64,000 nucleotides of DNA. Origin: an uncultured Flavobacteriales bacterium. GTDB lineage: Bacteria > Bacteroidota > Bacteroidia > Flavobacteriales_G > Salibacteraceae. Positions 10,465 through 19,410 of the stretch are shown here, one piece after another. The stretch covers positions 78,247-142,246 of the forward strand of contig CAWUST010000006.1 of assembly GCA_963925495.1 (NCBI GenBank), in the 5' to 3' direction. The translations under genes were made by a program, and so were the position numbers. Position 1 is the stretch's first letter. Each line of letters begins with the position of its first letter. The notes under the pieces were generated by a model that saw only the letters and a list, made by a program, of their open reading frames with translations, had not been told where the DNA came from and searched no databases.

Positions 10465-11577
10465 TCAATTAAAATATTCTTTCATTCTGTTGAAAAAGCC
10501 GCCATCCTTTTTTCCTTCTTCTGGAATAAAATTGGCGGAAGTTCTGAAAGTTTCAAGAATAGTTTTTTCTTCATTTGTGAGGGTTTTTGGGGTCCAAACA
10601 TTTACGTTAACAAGTAAGTCGCCATTGCCGTAAGAATTAATACTTGGTAATCCCTTTCCTTTTAACCTAAGAATCTTACCCGCTTGAGTACCAGGAGCAA
10701 TTTTAATTTTCACTTTTCCGCTTAAAGTTGGAACCTCCGAAGTTATTCCTAAAGCAACATCTGCAAAGTTTAAATACAAATCAAAATACAAATTTTGGCC
10801 ATCTCGCATGAGATTTTGGTGTGGTGATTCTTCAATTACAATAATTAAATCTCCAGCTATACCGCCGAAAGGTCCATCATTTCCCTTGCTTCTCAATGAA
10901 AGTTGCATTCCATCTTCTACACCGGCCGGAATTTCAATAGTTTCAATTATTTCTTTTCTCAGTTGACCATTACTATCTGTTCCAGTACCTTTACTGGTTA
11001 CTTTTTTTCCAGTACCGTGGCAACTTGGGCAAGTCGATGCGGTTTGCATTTGACCTAAAATAGTGTTTGAGATTCGCATAACTTGTCCACTTCCACCACA
11101 TTGAGAACAGGTACTGAACTTCGTGTCGCCACTATTTACCAGTTTGTTAAGTTTTACCTTTTTTGTTACTCCATTAGCAATGTCTTCAAGAGTTAGTTTT
11201 ACTTTTATTCTTAAGTTAGAACCTTTTACTCTAGCAGTGCGTCCTCCGCCACCACCAAAACCACCGCCACCAAAAATGTCTCCGAATTGACTGAAAATGT
11301 CATCCATGTTCATTCCAGCACCACCGCCATAACCGCCACCGCCAGAAGCACCACCCATTCCCGCATGACCATATTGATCATATCGAGCACGTTTATTTTG
11401 GTCATTTAGAACTTCATAAGCTTCTGCTGCCTCCTTAAACTTATCTTCAGCAGAATCATCATCCGGGTTTTTGTCTGGGTGATATTTAATTGCCATTTTT
11501 CGGTAAGCTTTTTTAAGCTCTTCTTTAGTGGCGTTTTGTGATACACCAAGTATCTCGTAAAAGTCTCTTTTTGCCAT
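10465..11577 (-). CDS. dnaJ: Molecular chaperone DnaJ
   Basis: J domain with HPD (KYHPDKN), Gly/Phe-rich linker, CxxCxGxG motifs ([16 protein letters not shown]), C-terminal substrate-binding domains. Sits directly downstream of grpE. Confidence 0.95.
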   Translation of the reverse strand: MAKRDFYEILGVSQNATKEELKKAYRKMAIKYHPDKNPDDDSAEDKFKEAAEAYEVLNDQNKRARYDQYGHAGMGGASGGGGYGGGAGMNMDDIFSQFGDIFGGGGFGGGGGRTARVKGSNLRIKVKLTLEDIANGVTKKVKLNKLVNSGDTKFSTCSQCGGSGQVMRISNTILGQMQTASTCPSCHGTGKKVTSKGTGTDSNGQLRKEIIETIEIPAGVEDGMQLSLRSKGNDGPFGGIAGDLIIVIEESPHQNLMRDGQNLYFDLYLNFADVALGITSEVPTLSGKVKIKIAPGTQAGKILRLKGKGLPSINSYGNGDLLVNVNVWTPKTLTNEEKTILETFRTSANFIPEEGKKDGGFFNRMKEYFN

Positions 11578-11579
11578 AA

Positions 11580-12149
11580 CTATTCTCCAACTACAACCTT
11601 GGCGTAGCGTACGATTTTATCTTTCAATTTGTAACCTTTTTCAATTACATCCACTACTTTTCCACGTAGTTTTTTATCAGGTGCAGGTATTTTAGTGAGA
11701 GCTTCATGTTCGTCAATGTTAAATTCTTTTCCTAAAGAATTCATCTCTACTAGACCTTTACTTTTTAAAATAGAGTCAAATTTATTGTGAACCAAAATCA
11801 TCCCTTCTTTAATAACAATAATGTCCTCTGTTTCTTCGTTAGTTTTTATTGCTCTTCCAAAATCGTCTAATACCGGAATTATTTCCGTAAGTAAATCTGC
11901 TGAAGCCGTAGAAATCAATTCCAATTTTTCTTTGGCTGTTCTCCTTCTAAAGTTTTCAAATTCAGAATAAAGTCTAAGGTATTTATCGTTAGCTATTTTT
12001 AATTCTTCTTCTATTGCAGAAAACTTGTCCAATTCTTCATCAACCAGATCCGAGCTTTCGGTTATATCTAGCTCCTCATTACTCTCTTCTGGATTCATTT
12101 GTATTTCATCCGTAGCGTCGTTTCCATCTGTCACATTTACCTTGCTCAT
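11580..12149 (-). CDS. grpE: Nucleotide exchange factor GrpE
   Basis: 189 aa. Acidic N-terminus, coiled-coil ([14 protein letters not shown]) and C-terminal beta domain typical of GrpE. 2-nt gap to dnaJ. Confidence 0.9.
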   Translation of the reverse strand: MSKVNVTDGNDATDEIQMNPEESNEELDITESSDLVDEELDKFSAIEEELKIANDKYLRLYSEFENFRRRTAKEKLELISTASADLLTEIIPVLDDFGRAIKTNEETEDIIVIKEGMILVHNKFDSILKSKGLVEMNSLGKEFNIDEHEALTKIPAPDKKLRGKVVDVIEKGYKLKDKIVRYAKVVVGE

Positions 12150-12224
12150 AGTTCGATTTATTACTTTTGGTTTGTCATACCTAAAATGCTGCCAATTGAT
12201 TTAATTGCCAATCTGACATAAAAC

Positions 12225-12257
12225 AAAAAAAGACAGACGCAATGTCTGCCTTTTTTT
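12225..12257 (-). terminator. Candidate rho-independent terminator after the TlpA-like gene
   Basis: Short stem CAGAC/GTCTG flanked by an A-run and a T-run (aaaaaaagacagacgcaatgtctgccttttttt). Confidence 0.45.
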
Positions 12258-12280
12258 CATAAAATGATTGTGTTTTATTA

Positions 12281-12853
12281 CTATAGTTTTTTAACCAATT
12301 TATCAATTGCCATATGCAAGGCTTGTCCTCTTAAGTTAGAAGCCACAACTATTCCATTCTGGTCTATAAGAAAGTTTGCAGGAATACCTTGCACCCCGTA
12401 ATCAGAAACTGATTGAGCGTCCCAATGTTTTAATTCACTAACATGTTCTCCCCAGTTTAGCTTGTCTTGTTGTATTGCAGCTAACCATGAATCTTTATTT
12501 CTGTCTAAACTAACACTATAAATAGTAAAACCTTTAGCATCCAGAAATTTGGCGTTTTTATATTTGTTATAAGCTGAGACAACATTTGGATTTTCTCTTC
12601 TACATGGTCCACACCAGCTTGCCCAAAAGTCAATCAAAACAACTTTTCCCTGTAAGGAGCTCAATTTAATTATCTTTCCATTTGGATCCTTTGAGCTTAT
12701 TTCTGGTGCTTTGTCGCCAATGCGAGTGCCGACCAATATACCTTGATTAGAAGTATCACTTTTACTTGAATTGCTGTTATCTAAAGCATAAGAGGCGGAT
12801 ATTAAAAATAACCCTAAAGCCAATGTACTTGCAATTATTATTATTGTTTTCAT
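12281..12853 (-). CDS. TlpA/ResA-like thiol:disulfide oxidoreductase (thioredoxin fold, exported)
   Basis: N-terminal signal/anchor MKTIIIIASTLALGLFLISASYA. Active site WASWCGPC. Confidence 0.85.
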   Translation of the reverse strand: MKTIIIIASTLALGLFLISASYALDNSNSSKSDTSNQGILVGTRIGDKAPEISSKDPNGKIIKLSSLQGKVVLIDFWASWCGPCRRENPNVVSAYNKYKNAKFLDAKGFTIYSVSLDRNKDSWLAAIQQDKLNWGEHVSELKHWDAQSVSDYGVQGIPANFLIDQNGIVVASNLRGQALHMAIDKLVKKL

Positions 12854-12872
12854 TTTTTTGTTTTATAAAAGC

Positions 12873-14177
12873 TTAACACCTAACAATTTCTGCACCAATA
12901 TTATTGAGTCTTACATCAATATTTTCGTAGCCTCTGTCTATTTGTTCAATGTTATGTATTTTACTAACTCCTTCTGCACTTAAGGCAGCAATGAGCAAAG
13001 ATACACCAGCTCTTATATCAGGAGATGTCATCTCTATTGCTCGAAGTGCATATTGTCTGTTTAACCCAATAATGGTAGCTCGGTGCGGATCGCATAAAAT
13101 TATTTGTGCTCCCATGTCAATCAGTTTATCGACAAAGAACAATCGACTTTCAAACATTTTTTGGTGAACGAGCATACTACCTTTTGCTTGTGTGGCAACA
13201 ACAAGGATAATGCTCAATAAATCAGGAGTAAATCCTGGCCAAGGGGCATCTGCTATGGTCATTATTGACCCATCAATAAAAGTATCTATTTCGTAATTCT
13301 TTTGAGGAGGAATAATCAGATCATCATTTTTTCTTACGATAATAATTCCCATGCGACGAAATATTTCCGGAATTATTCCAAGATGCTCGTAACCTACATT
13401 TTTAATAGTAATTTCAGACTCTGTCATTGCAGCAAGCCCAATAATACTGCCGATTTCTATCATATCTGGAAGAATGGTATGCTCACAACCACTTAGTTCT
13501 TTTACGCCTTCAACGATTAAAAGGTTAGAACCAATTCCAGAAATGTTTGCCCCCATACTATTCAACATTCTACATAGTTGTTGAATATAGGGTTCGCATG
13601 CGGCATTGTAAATTGACGTTTTTCCTTTTGCCAAAACTGCAGCCATAAGGATGTTGGCAGTTCCTGTCACACTAGCTTCGTCAAGTAATAAAAACGCACC
13701 TTTAAGCTCTTTTGCGTGCGCTCTATAAACATGGCCTTCAGGTTCGTAGCTGAAAGTAGCGCCAAGTTTTTCAAACCCAATAAAGTGAGTGTCTACTCTC
13801 CTTCTTCCAATTTTATCTCCACCTGGTTTAGGGATATACCCTTTTCCAAATCGCCCTAAAAGTGGTCCAACTAACATTATAGATCCACGTAAACCACCAC
13901 CACGTTTCATGTATTCCGGAGAGTGCATAAACTCTATGTCTACATCTTCGGCTTGAAATGAGTATGAGTTTGCTTTTAATTTTTCAACCTTAACATTAAG
14001 AGCGCCCAGAAGGTCAATGAGTTTATTAACATCTACAATATTTGGAATGTTGTTAATTATAACCTTTTCTTTAGTTAGAAGTACGGCACAAAGAATCTGA
14101 AGGGCTTCGTTTTTAGCCCCTTGTGGTTGAAATTCGCCTTTTAATTTGTGGCCACCCGTAATTTTAAATGTTCCCAT
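12873..14177 (-). CDS. murA: UDP-N-acetylglucosamine 1-carboxyvinyltransferase
   Basis: 434 aa with full-length EPSP/MurA-fold similarity (GAKNEALQILCA, KPGGDKIGRRRVDTH active-site loop, RGYENIDVRL C-terminus). Confidence 0.95.
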   Translation of the reverse strand: MGTFKITGGHKLKGEFQPQGAKNEALQILCAVLLTKEKVIINNIPNIVDVNKLIDLLGALNVKVEKLKANSYSFQAEDVDIEFMHSPEYMKRGGGLRGSIMLVGPLLGRFGKGYIPKPGGDKIGRRRVDTHFIGFEKLGATFSYEPEGHVYRAHAKELKGAFLLLDEASVTGTANILMAAVLAKGKTSIYNAACEPYIQQLCRMLNSMGANISGIGSNLLIVEGVKELSGCEHTILPDMIEIGSIIGLAAMTESEITIKNVGYEHLGIIPEIFRRMGIIIVRKNDDLIIPPQKNYEIDTFIDGSIMTIADAPWPGFTPDLLSIILVVATQAKGSMLVHQKMFESRLFFVDKLIDMGAQIILCDPHRATIIGLNRQYALRAIEMTSPDIRAGVSLLIAALSAEGVSKIHNIEQIDRGYENIDVRLNNIGAEIVRC

Positions 14178-14186
14178 AGTGGTGTA

Positions 14187-14789
14187 TTATCGTCTTTTCT
14201 TTTTCTTTTGGTTGTTGTTCTTTCTTTTTGGTCGTGGAGTGGATACTTGTTCTGCCTTCACTAGTTCGGTGTTCGCATCAATATCAAGTTTTCCTCCTGA
14301 AAGCCTTTTTAAATCGGTAAAAATCTCAATATCCGTTACTGAATCTTTGTTGTAGGTGACATAAGCTTTTTTCATCATATTGGCTATATAATAAACAAGA
14401 GCTTCTTTCTCTTCTACAGCAACTATTTTAATAGCCTGAGCGATGTATTGGCCAATTATTTTCCCATAATGTTTGTTCTTTACAAAATCCTCGTTATAAG
14501 GTACGATGTCAGGAGCAATTTTCACGGATTCGGGAGTGGGCTGGGGGTATTCAGAATCTACATCCAATGCAAAATTGGAAATAATCTGTAAATGATCCCA
14601 TAATTTATGGTTAAAATCATCGACATCTCGAAGGCTTGGATTCAGTTGCCCCATTACTTTAATAATACTTTTAGCCGCTACATTTCTTTCATCATGGTCT
14701 TCAATCTCAATTGCGATATCAACCATTTTTTGAATGTGCCTTCCGTATTCAGGAATAATTAATTTTTCTCTACTTGTGTTATAATCCAT
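14187..14789 (-). CDS. DUF4290-family protein with basic C-terminal tail
   Basis: 200 aa. The N-terminus YNTSREKLIIPEYGRHIQKMV resembles the Bacteroidota-specific family usually found just upstream of murA. 9-nt gap to murA. Tail PRPKRKNNNQKKKKRR. Confidence 0.55.
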   Translation of the reverse strand: MDYNTSREKLIIPEYGRHIQKMVDIAIEIEDHDERNVAAKSIIKVMGQLNPSLRDVDDFNHKLWDHLQIISNFALDVDSEYPQPTPESVKIAPDIVPYNEDFVKNKHYGKIIGQYIAQAIKIVAVEEKEALVYYIANMMKKAYVTYNKDSVTDIEIFTDLKRLSGGKLDIDANTELVKAEQVSTPRPKRKNNNQKKKKRR

Positions 14790-14836
14790 GTGAAAATTTA
14801 GAATTTCAAAATTAGTAATTTGATAATTAGTTTGAC

Positions 14837-17149
14837 TTATAGTATTTGAAGTTTGGCAAATTTTAATAACAAACTTTTTGAGCCAACTTCTTCAAAATTC
14901 ACAGTTGCTTTTTTGTTGGGGGAGTTCCCTTCTAATTCTAGTACTGTTCCTTTTCCAAATCGTTGATGAATGACTTGGTCACCTTTTTTTAAGCCGGATA
15001 AATCAGTTCCTTCAAAAGTACTAGGAGTTGAAGATGAATTAACTACACGTTTTAAGTTTTGTGTTTTTTTAAAATTCAAAGTGCTACTTCTTTCATTCAA
15101 ACCCGTGTTTTTCGCTTCTTTTACAAAGTCGAAACTAGAATTGCTTTTTGATTTTTTTTCTTCAATTTGATCTATATATTGAACATCTAATTCTTGTAAA
15201 AAACGACTTGGTTCAGCATAAGTTAAGTTTCCCCATCGATACCTAGTAGTAGAAAATGAAAGAGTTGCCTTTATTTCTGCTCGAGTAAGAGCCACATAAA
15301 ACAGGCGTCGCTCCTCTTCTAATTCTGTTCTCGAATTTATTGAAAGTTGAGATGGGAATAAATTCTCTTCCATACCTACAATATATACATACGGAAATTC
15401 TAATCCTTTTGACGCATGAATCGTCATCAAGGATACTACGTCATTTTCGTTTTTATTTTTATCGGTATCCGTAAGCAGGGCAATGTCTTGCATGTATACT
15501 CCAAGAGTTCTTTGTTCGTTTCCATCTGGTAAATCTATCCCCTCTTCTATAGTGTCCTGTTCAGCAAACTCCTTTATTCCGCTAAGCAGCTCCTGAATGT
15601 TATCGTACCTAGTTACTCCTTCAATACTCTTGTCAATATAAAGCTCCTTTAAAACACCTGAAGAACTAGAAATTTTACTCGCTATATCGTAGGCATCTCC
15701 TTTTTCAATAATATCATGATAAGTATCAATAAGTTTGCTAAAAGAATTTAGTTTACCAATGACAGAAGGGGATAGATGTACGCCAAATTTTAATGGGTTT
15801 TTTACTACTTCTAAAACCGATTTTTCATGCTGACTTGCGGCTAATAATATTTTATCTAAAGTAGTTTTACCAATTCCTCGTTTTGGATAATTTATTATTC
15901 TTTTTAGTGCTTCTTCATCTTTGGGGTTAATTGCCAATCTAAAATAGGCAAGTAAATCTTTAATTTCTTTTCGATGGTAAAAAGAAAGGCCACCATAAAT
16001 TCTGTAGGGGATGTCTTTTTTACGAAGTGCCTCTTCAATAGACCTGGATTGAGAGTTTGTTCGATATAGAATTGCAAAATCGGAGTTTGCACGTTGTTCA
16101 TTTCCTCGTCTAAAAAAGATGTCGTTTGCTACTTCGTAACCTTCTTCGTTATCTGATAGCGTTTTAATTATTTTAATTTTTTCGCCTTCTGTATTTTCTG
16201 TCCAAACATCTTTTTTAATCTGCTCCGTGTTTTTAGCAATTAATCCGTTTGCTGCTTTTACAATATTTTGCGTTGAACGATAGTTTTGCTCTAATTTAAA
16301 AACTTTTGCGTCGGAATATTCCTTTTGAAAATTCAAAATGTTTTGAATGTTCGCGCCACGAAACGAATAAATACTTTGGGCATCGTCACCAACCACACAG
16401 ATATTTTCAAATCTAGCTGCTAATTTCTTTAGAATTAAGTACTGCGAAAAGTTAGTATCTTGGTACTCATCAACCAATATGTATCTAAACTTATCTTGGT
16501 ATTTTAAAAGGACACTTGCATGGTCTCTGAAAAGAATGTTTGTTTTGTATAACAAATCATCAAAGTCCATTGCTCCAGATTGAAAACAGCGCTTTTCGTA
16601 AGACTGAAATATTCTGCCCAATTCTGGTTTTCTACTCTGTGAATCCTCCGTTTGAATAACAGAATTATTAACGTAATTATTGGCTGATATCAAATTGTTT
16701 TTTGCCGCTGAAATCCTGCTTAATACTAGATTAGGTTTATATACTTTGTCGTCTAATTTAAACTCTTTAATAATTCGCTTTATCAAACTCTTAGAGTCGT
16801 CGGAATCATAAATGGTAAAATTACTTGGGTAGCCTAATAGCGTAGCTTCTGACCGTAGAATTCTTGCAAATACTGAATGAAATGTTCCCATCCAGATGTT
16901 TCTAGACTCTGAAGGACCTACAATCTTGGAAATCCTTTTCTTCATTTCTTTGGCTGCCTTATTTGTAAATGTCAGCGATATTATAGAAAAGGAGTCAACT
17001 CCTGTCAGAATCATATGAGCAATTCGGTAAGTAAGCACTCGGGTTTTTCCTGAGCCAGCTCCAGCGATAACCATTACGGGGCCTTTTGTCTGCTCTACAG
17101 CCTTTCGCTGTTCGGGGTTTAATTCATCTAGATAGGTGGTATTGCTCAT
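14837..17149 (-). CDS. UvrD/PcrA/Rep-family ATP-dependent DNA helicase
   Basis: Walker A AGAGSGKT, motif II DEYQDT, TIHASKGLEF, C-terminal Tudor-like GDQVIHQRFGKG. The track start at 17158 is TTG. ATG at 17149 (MSNTTYLDELNPEQ) is preferred. Confidence 0.9.
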   Translation of the reverse strand: MSNTTYLDELNPEQRKAVEQTKGPVMVIAGAGSGKTRVLTYRIAHMILTGVDSFSIISLTFTNKAAKEMKKRISKIVGPSESRNIWMGTFHSVFARILRSEATLLGYPSNFTIYDSDDSKSLIKRIIKEFKLDDKVYKPNLVLSRISAAKNNLISANNYVNNSVIQTEDSQSRKPELGRIFQSYEKRCFQSGAMDFDDLLYKTNILFRDHASVLLKYQDKFRYILVDEYQDTNFSQYLILKKLAARFENICVVGDDAQSIYSFRGANIQNILNFQKEYSDAKVFKLEQNYRSTQNIVKAANGLIAKNTEQIKKDVWTENTEGEKIKIIKTLSDNEEGYEVANDIFFRRGNEQRANSDFAILYRTNSQSRSIEEALRKKDIPYRIYGGLSFYHRKEIKDLLAYFRLAINPKDEEALKRIINYPKRGIGKTTLDKILLAASQHEKSVLEVVKNPLKFGVHLSPSVIGKLNSFSKLIDTYHDIIEKGDAYDIASKISSSSGVLKELYIDKSIEGVTRYDNIQELLSGIKEFAEQDTIEEGIDLPDGNEQRTLGVYMQDIALLTDTDKNKNENDVVSLMTIHASKGLEFPYVYIVGMEENLFPSQLSINSRTELEEERRLFYVALTRAEIKATLSFSTTRYRWGNLTYAEPSRFLQELDVQYIDQIEEKKSKSNSSFDFVKEAKNTGLNERSSTLNFKKTQNLKRVVNSSSTPSTFEGTDLSGLKKGDQVIHQRFGKGTVLELEGNSPNKKATVNFEEVGSKSLLLKFAKLQIL

Positions 17150-17312
17150 AAAGTGCAAAGTAAAACCAACAAAGTAGAGTAAGTAAGTATGCCGTTAATA
17201 ATTTATAAAGAATAAATGTCTTTAGATGATTTTGCATAAATTTTTTTATTACGAATAGTTTGTTTACTTTTACATCGTAAATATTTACAGTAAATAAGTT
17301 AAAATTTGTATT

Positions 17313-17528
17313 ATGAGTGAAGAAATAAACGAAAACGAATTAGAGAATGTAAGTGGTGGTGCTGGAATGGGTATTCACCCTTCTTCAGGTGATGATGGTT
17401 CTCAACCTTTAATGGAAGGTGATGAAAACAGTAGCGAATTAAACCGACCTGACCATGGCCAGGACCAGGACGATCACCATGACCATGACGCAGATCAGCA
17501 GCATGGACTCCATGATCACGGTATATAG
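17313..17528 (+). CDS. Double-glycine-leader precursor peptide: 16-aa leader and 55-aa Cys-free His/Asp-rich core
   Basis: MSEEINENELENVSGG|AGMG... The leader has V(-4), L(-7), E(-8), I(-12), which fits GG-leader consensus positions. Same strand as a C39-peptidase ABC exporter and immediately upstream of it. Followed by its own terminator. Confidence 0.7.
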   Translation: MSEEINENELENVSGGAGMGIHPSSGDDGSQPLMEGDENSSELNRPDHGQDQDDHHDHDADQQHGLHDHGI

Positions 17529-17554
17529 ACATACAATCGTGTAATAGGTTATTT

Positions 17555-17586
17555 AAAAGGTTCCTTTTTGGAGCCTTTTTTTTTTG
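17555..17586 (+). terminator. Rho-independent terminator/attenuator after the precursor gene
   Basis: AAAAGGTTCC-ttttt-GGAGCCTTTT stem (one G-U wobble) followed by an 11-T run. Confidence 0.6.
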
Positions 17587-17742
17587 CTCTGATTTTTTAT
17601 TAATCAGTTTGAGTTGAAGTATTGATTTCTTGCAGTTTGTCGAAATTAAAATTACAGAATCTTTTTTTGTTGATTAGGCGGTTGTATTTGATAATATTAA
17701 AACTCTTAAAGAAAAAAAATTCTGCTAAGCCTTTTTTATTTT

Positions 17743-17750
17743 TATGTTTG
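17743..17750 (+). promoter_or_regulatory. Candidate Bacteroidota -7 box (TATGTTTG) for the transporter genes
   Basis: Exact match to the TAnnTTTG consensus, 50 nt upstream of the TolC-like ATG. No clear -33 TTG. Confidence 0.3.
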
Positions 17751-17758
17751 AAACAAAT

Positions 17759-17792
17759 GAGAATCAAATTCATAAATTAAAATTTGATTCTC
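17759..17792 (+). promoter_or_regulatory. Perfect 12-bp inverted repeat (operator or 5' RNA hairpin) abutting the TolC-like start codon
   Basis: GAGAATCAAATT-cataaattaa-AATTTGATTCTC. The right arm ends 7 nt before ATG 17800. Confidence 0.4.
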
Positions 17793-17799
17793 TATCTGT

Positions 17800-19410
17800 A
17801 TGAAGAAATGTTTTAATCTTTTTCTGCAATTTAGAATTGCATTTAGTGCTTTCTTGTTGATTTCTTCAATTATGAATCAATCGGCAAGTGCTCAAAACAT
17901 AGCTAACCTGGAAGTTGTTCTAAAAACAACTTTTGAGAAAAACCCCAACGTTCGTATTAGTTCCTTGAGTATAGACTTTCAGCAGGGCAGGATATTGCAG
18001 GCACAAGGACAATTCAATCCTAGTTTGAATTTTGGGATTAACAAAAGCTTTAATTTATCACCAACTACCAAAGCTCAGCGTGAAGGGTTACTTGGGTTTA
18101 GTCAAAATGAGTCGTTTAAAAGTGATCTTTTGGATTATGAATTATCTCTAACTAAAAGATTTCAGACTGGGACTCTAATAAAATCAAGTCTAGAGTTTAC
18201 CAATTTTGGGCGTAATGCTTTATATGATGACTTGTCAACAGCTGGTTTAGGTGAATTTATGACAAATAGAGGAAGATTGTTTTTTGATGTGACTCAACCT
18301 TTGCTGCAAGGAAGAGGAAAGAAATTCTATTCAGCTACTTTAGATGTAGAAAAACTCAGACTGAATCAAGCTCAATTGAACTATGCATTCGATGTAAGTA
18401 GCCAAACGTATTTGGTAATTCTGAATTACCTTAGCGTTGTTTCCGCTAGAAGAGAATTAGAAATTCAAATATCTATTGAAACAAATTATGCTGAATTTGA
18501 GGAACAACTGAGAATGTTGTCTGAAAAAGATGTAATACCAAAAGCTGAATTGACATTTATTAATGCGAATCTAGCTCGACAACATGTAACAGTTCTGAGC
18601 TCCAGATCATCTTATTTATCAGCTAAAAATCGGCTTTTAGAATCGATGGGCCTTCCAAGTTCTGATATTTCGAAATACGACTTTGAATCCATGCAATATG
18701 GCTTGGATTCTTTGCAGGAAGAAATTGAAGATGGGTATTTGGCTCATTGGTTGGAAAAGGCTTCGACTACTCGGAGAGATTATCTTGCCGCTCAGAAAAA
18801 CGTATCCATTAAAAAAAGAGAAATTGAGTATGCGGAAAATAAAAATCAGGCAAGATTAGATTTTACTGCAGGTGTTGGATATAATGGAATTTATGAGTCT
18901 AATTCTTTTGAGCAATACGTTTCGCCATTCTATTCAAATATTCCTGGTTTGAGTTACAGGGCAGGCTTGGTTTTTCAATGGTCAATGGGGATGATGTCAA
19001 CTAAAGGAGCATACGCCTCAGCATTGGCGGAAAAGCAAACATCTGAACAAACAGTTAAAAGTATAGAGCTGAACATTCAGCAACAGTTATCTTCTCAGTA
19101 TAACAATATTATTTACTATAACGAAGCTGTAAAACAAGGACAGCTTTCTGTGGATTTTAACTTAAAGGCACGTACAAATGAATATCTGAAATTGCAATTA
19201 GGGACTTCAGCTGTAGTGAACCTAGTTCAGGTGCAAAATAATTATGCAATCTCTCAAACATCACTGAATCGGTTGCAGTTTGCTTTAAACTCGTCAGTTA
19301 TCAGATTTAGATTTGAGTCAGGTAATTTGATAGAAATCTCGGAGTTAAACGAAGTAGTTGTAGATGTTGACGAATTATTCTCGTTACCTAAAATAAAAGT
19401 ATCAGAATGA
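17800..19410 (+). CDS. TolC-family outer-membrane efflux protein
   Basis: Signal peptide ending SASA|Q. 536 aa with two repeated halves of long helical, coiled-coil-rich sequence typical of the OEP family. Heads the exporter operon. Confidence 0.8.
   Translation: MKKCFNLFLQFRIAFSAFLLISSIMNQSASAQNIANLEVVLKTTFEKNPNVRISSLSIDFQQGRILQAQGQFNPSLNFGINKSFNLSPTTKAQREGLLGFSQNESFKSDLLDYELSLTKRFQTGTLIKSSLEFTNFGRNALYDDLSTAGLGEFMTNRGRLFFDVTQPLLQGRGKKFYSATLDVEKLRLNQAQLNYAFDVSSQTYLVILNYLSVVSARRELEIQISIETNYAEFEEQLRMLSEKDVIPKAELTFINANLARQHVTVLSSRSSYLSAKNRLLESMGLPSSDISKYDFESMQYGLDSLQEEIEDGYLAHWLEKASTTRRDYLAAQKNVSIKKREIEYAENKNQARLDFTAGVGYNGIYESNSFEQYVSPFYSNIPGLSYRAGLVFQWSMGMMSTKGAYASALAEKQTSEQTVKSIELNIQQQLSSQYNNIIYYNEAVKQGQLSVDFNLKARTNEYLKLQLGTSAVVNLVQVQNNYAISQTSLNRLQFALNSSVIRFRFESGNLIEISELNEVVVDVDELFSLPKIKVSE

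Noticed and set aside
17159-17312. Promoter for the precursor gene
   Set aside because: Only near-misses to TAnnTTTG are present (TAAAATTTG, ATAGTTTG). I cannot support a specific call without transcription start site data.
17311-17532. 73-aa His-rich ORF exactly antisense to the GG-leader precursor
   Set aside because: It is a mirror artefact of the GAC/CAT/GAT-rich coding repeat. It has no leader or signal, points away from the exporter genes, and lacks its own terminator. The plus-strand ORF has a textbook GG leader and a downstream terminator.
17745-17804. 19-aa ORF (MFETNENQIHKLKFDSLSV) overlapping the TolC-like start
   Set aside because: It is composed almost entirely of the 12-bp inverted repeat. 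It has no GG motif or hydrophobic segment and is most simply explained as chance in AT-rich DNA.
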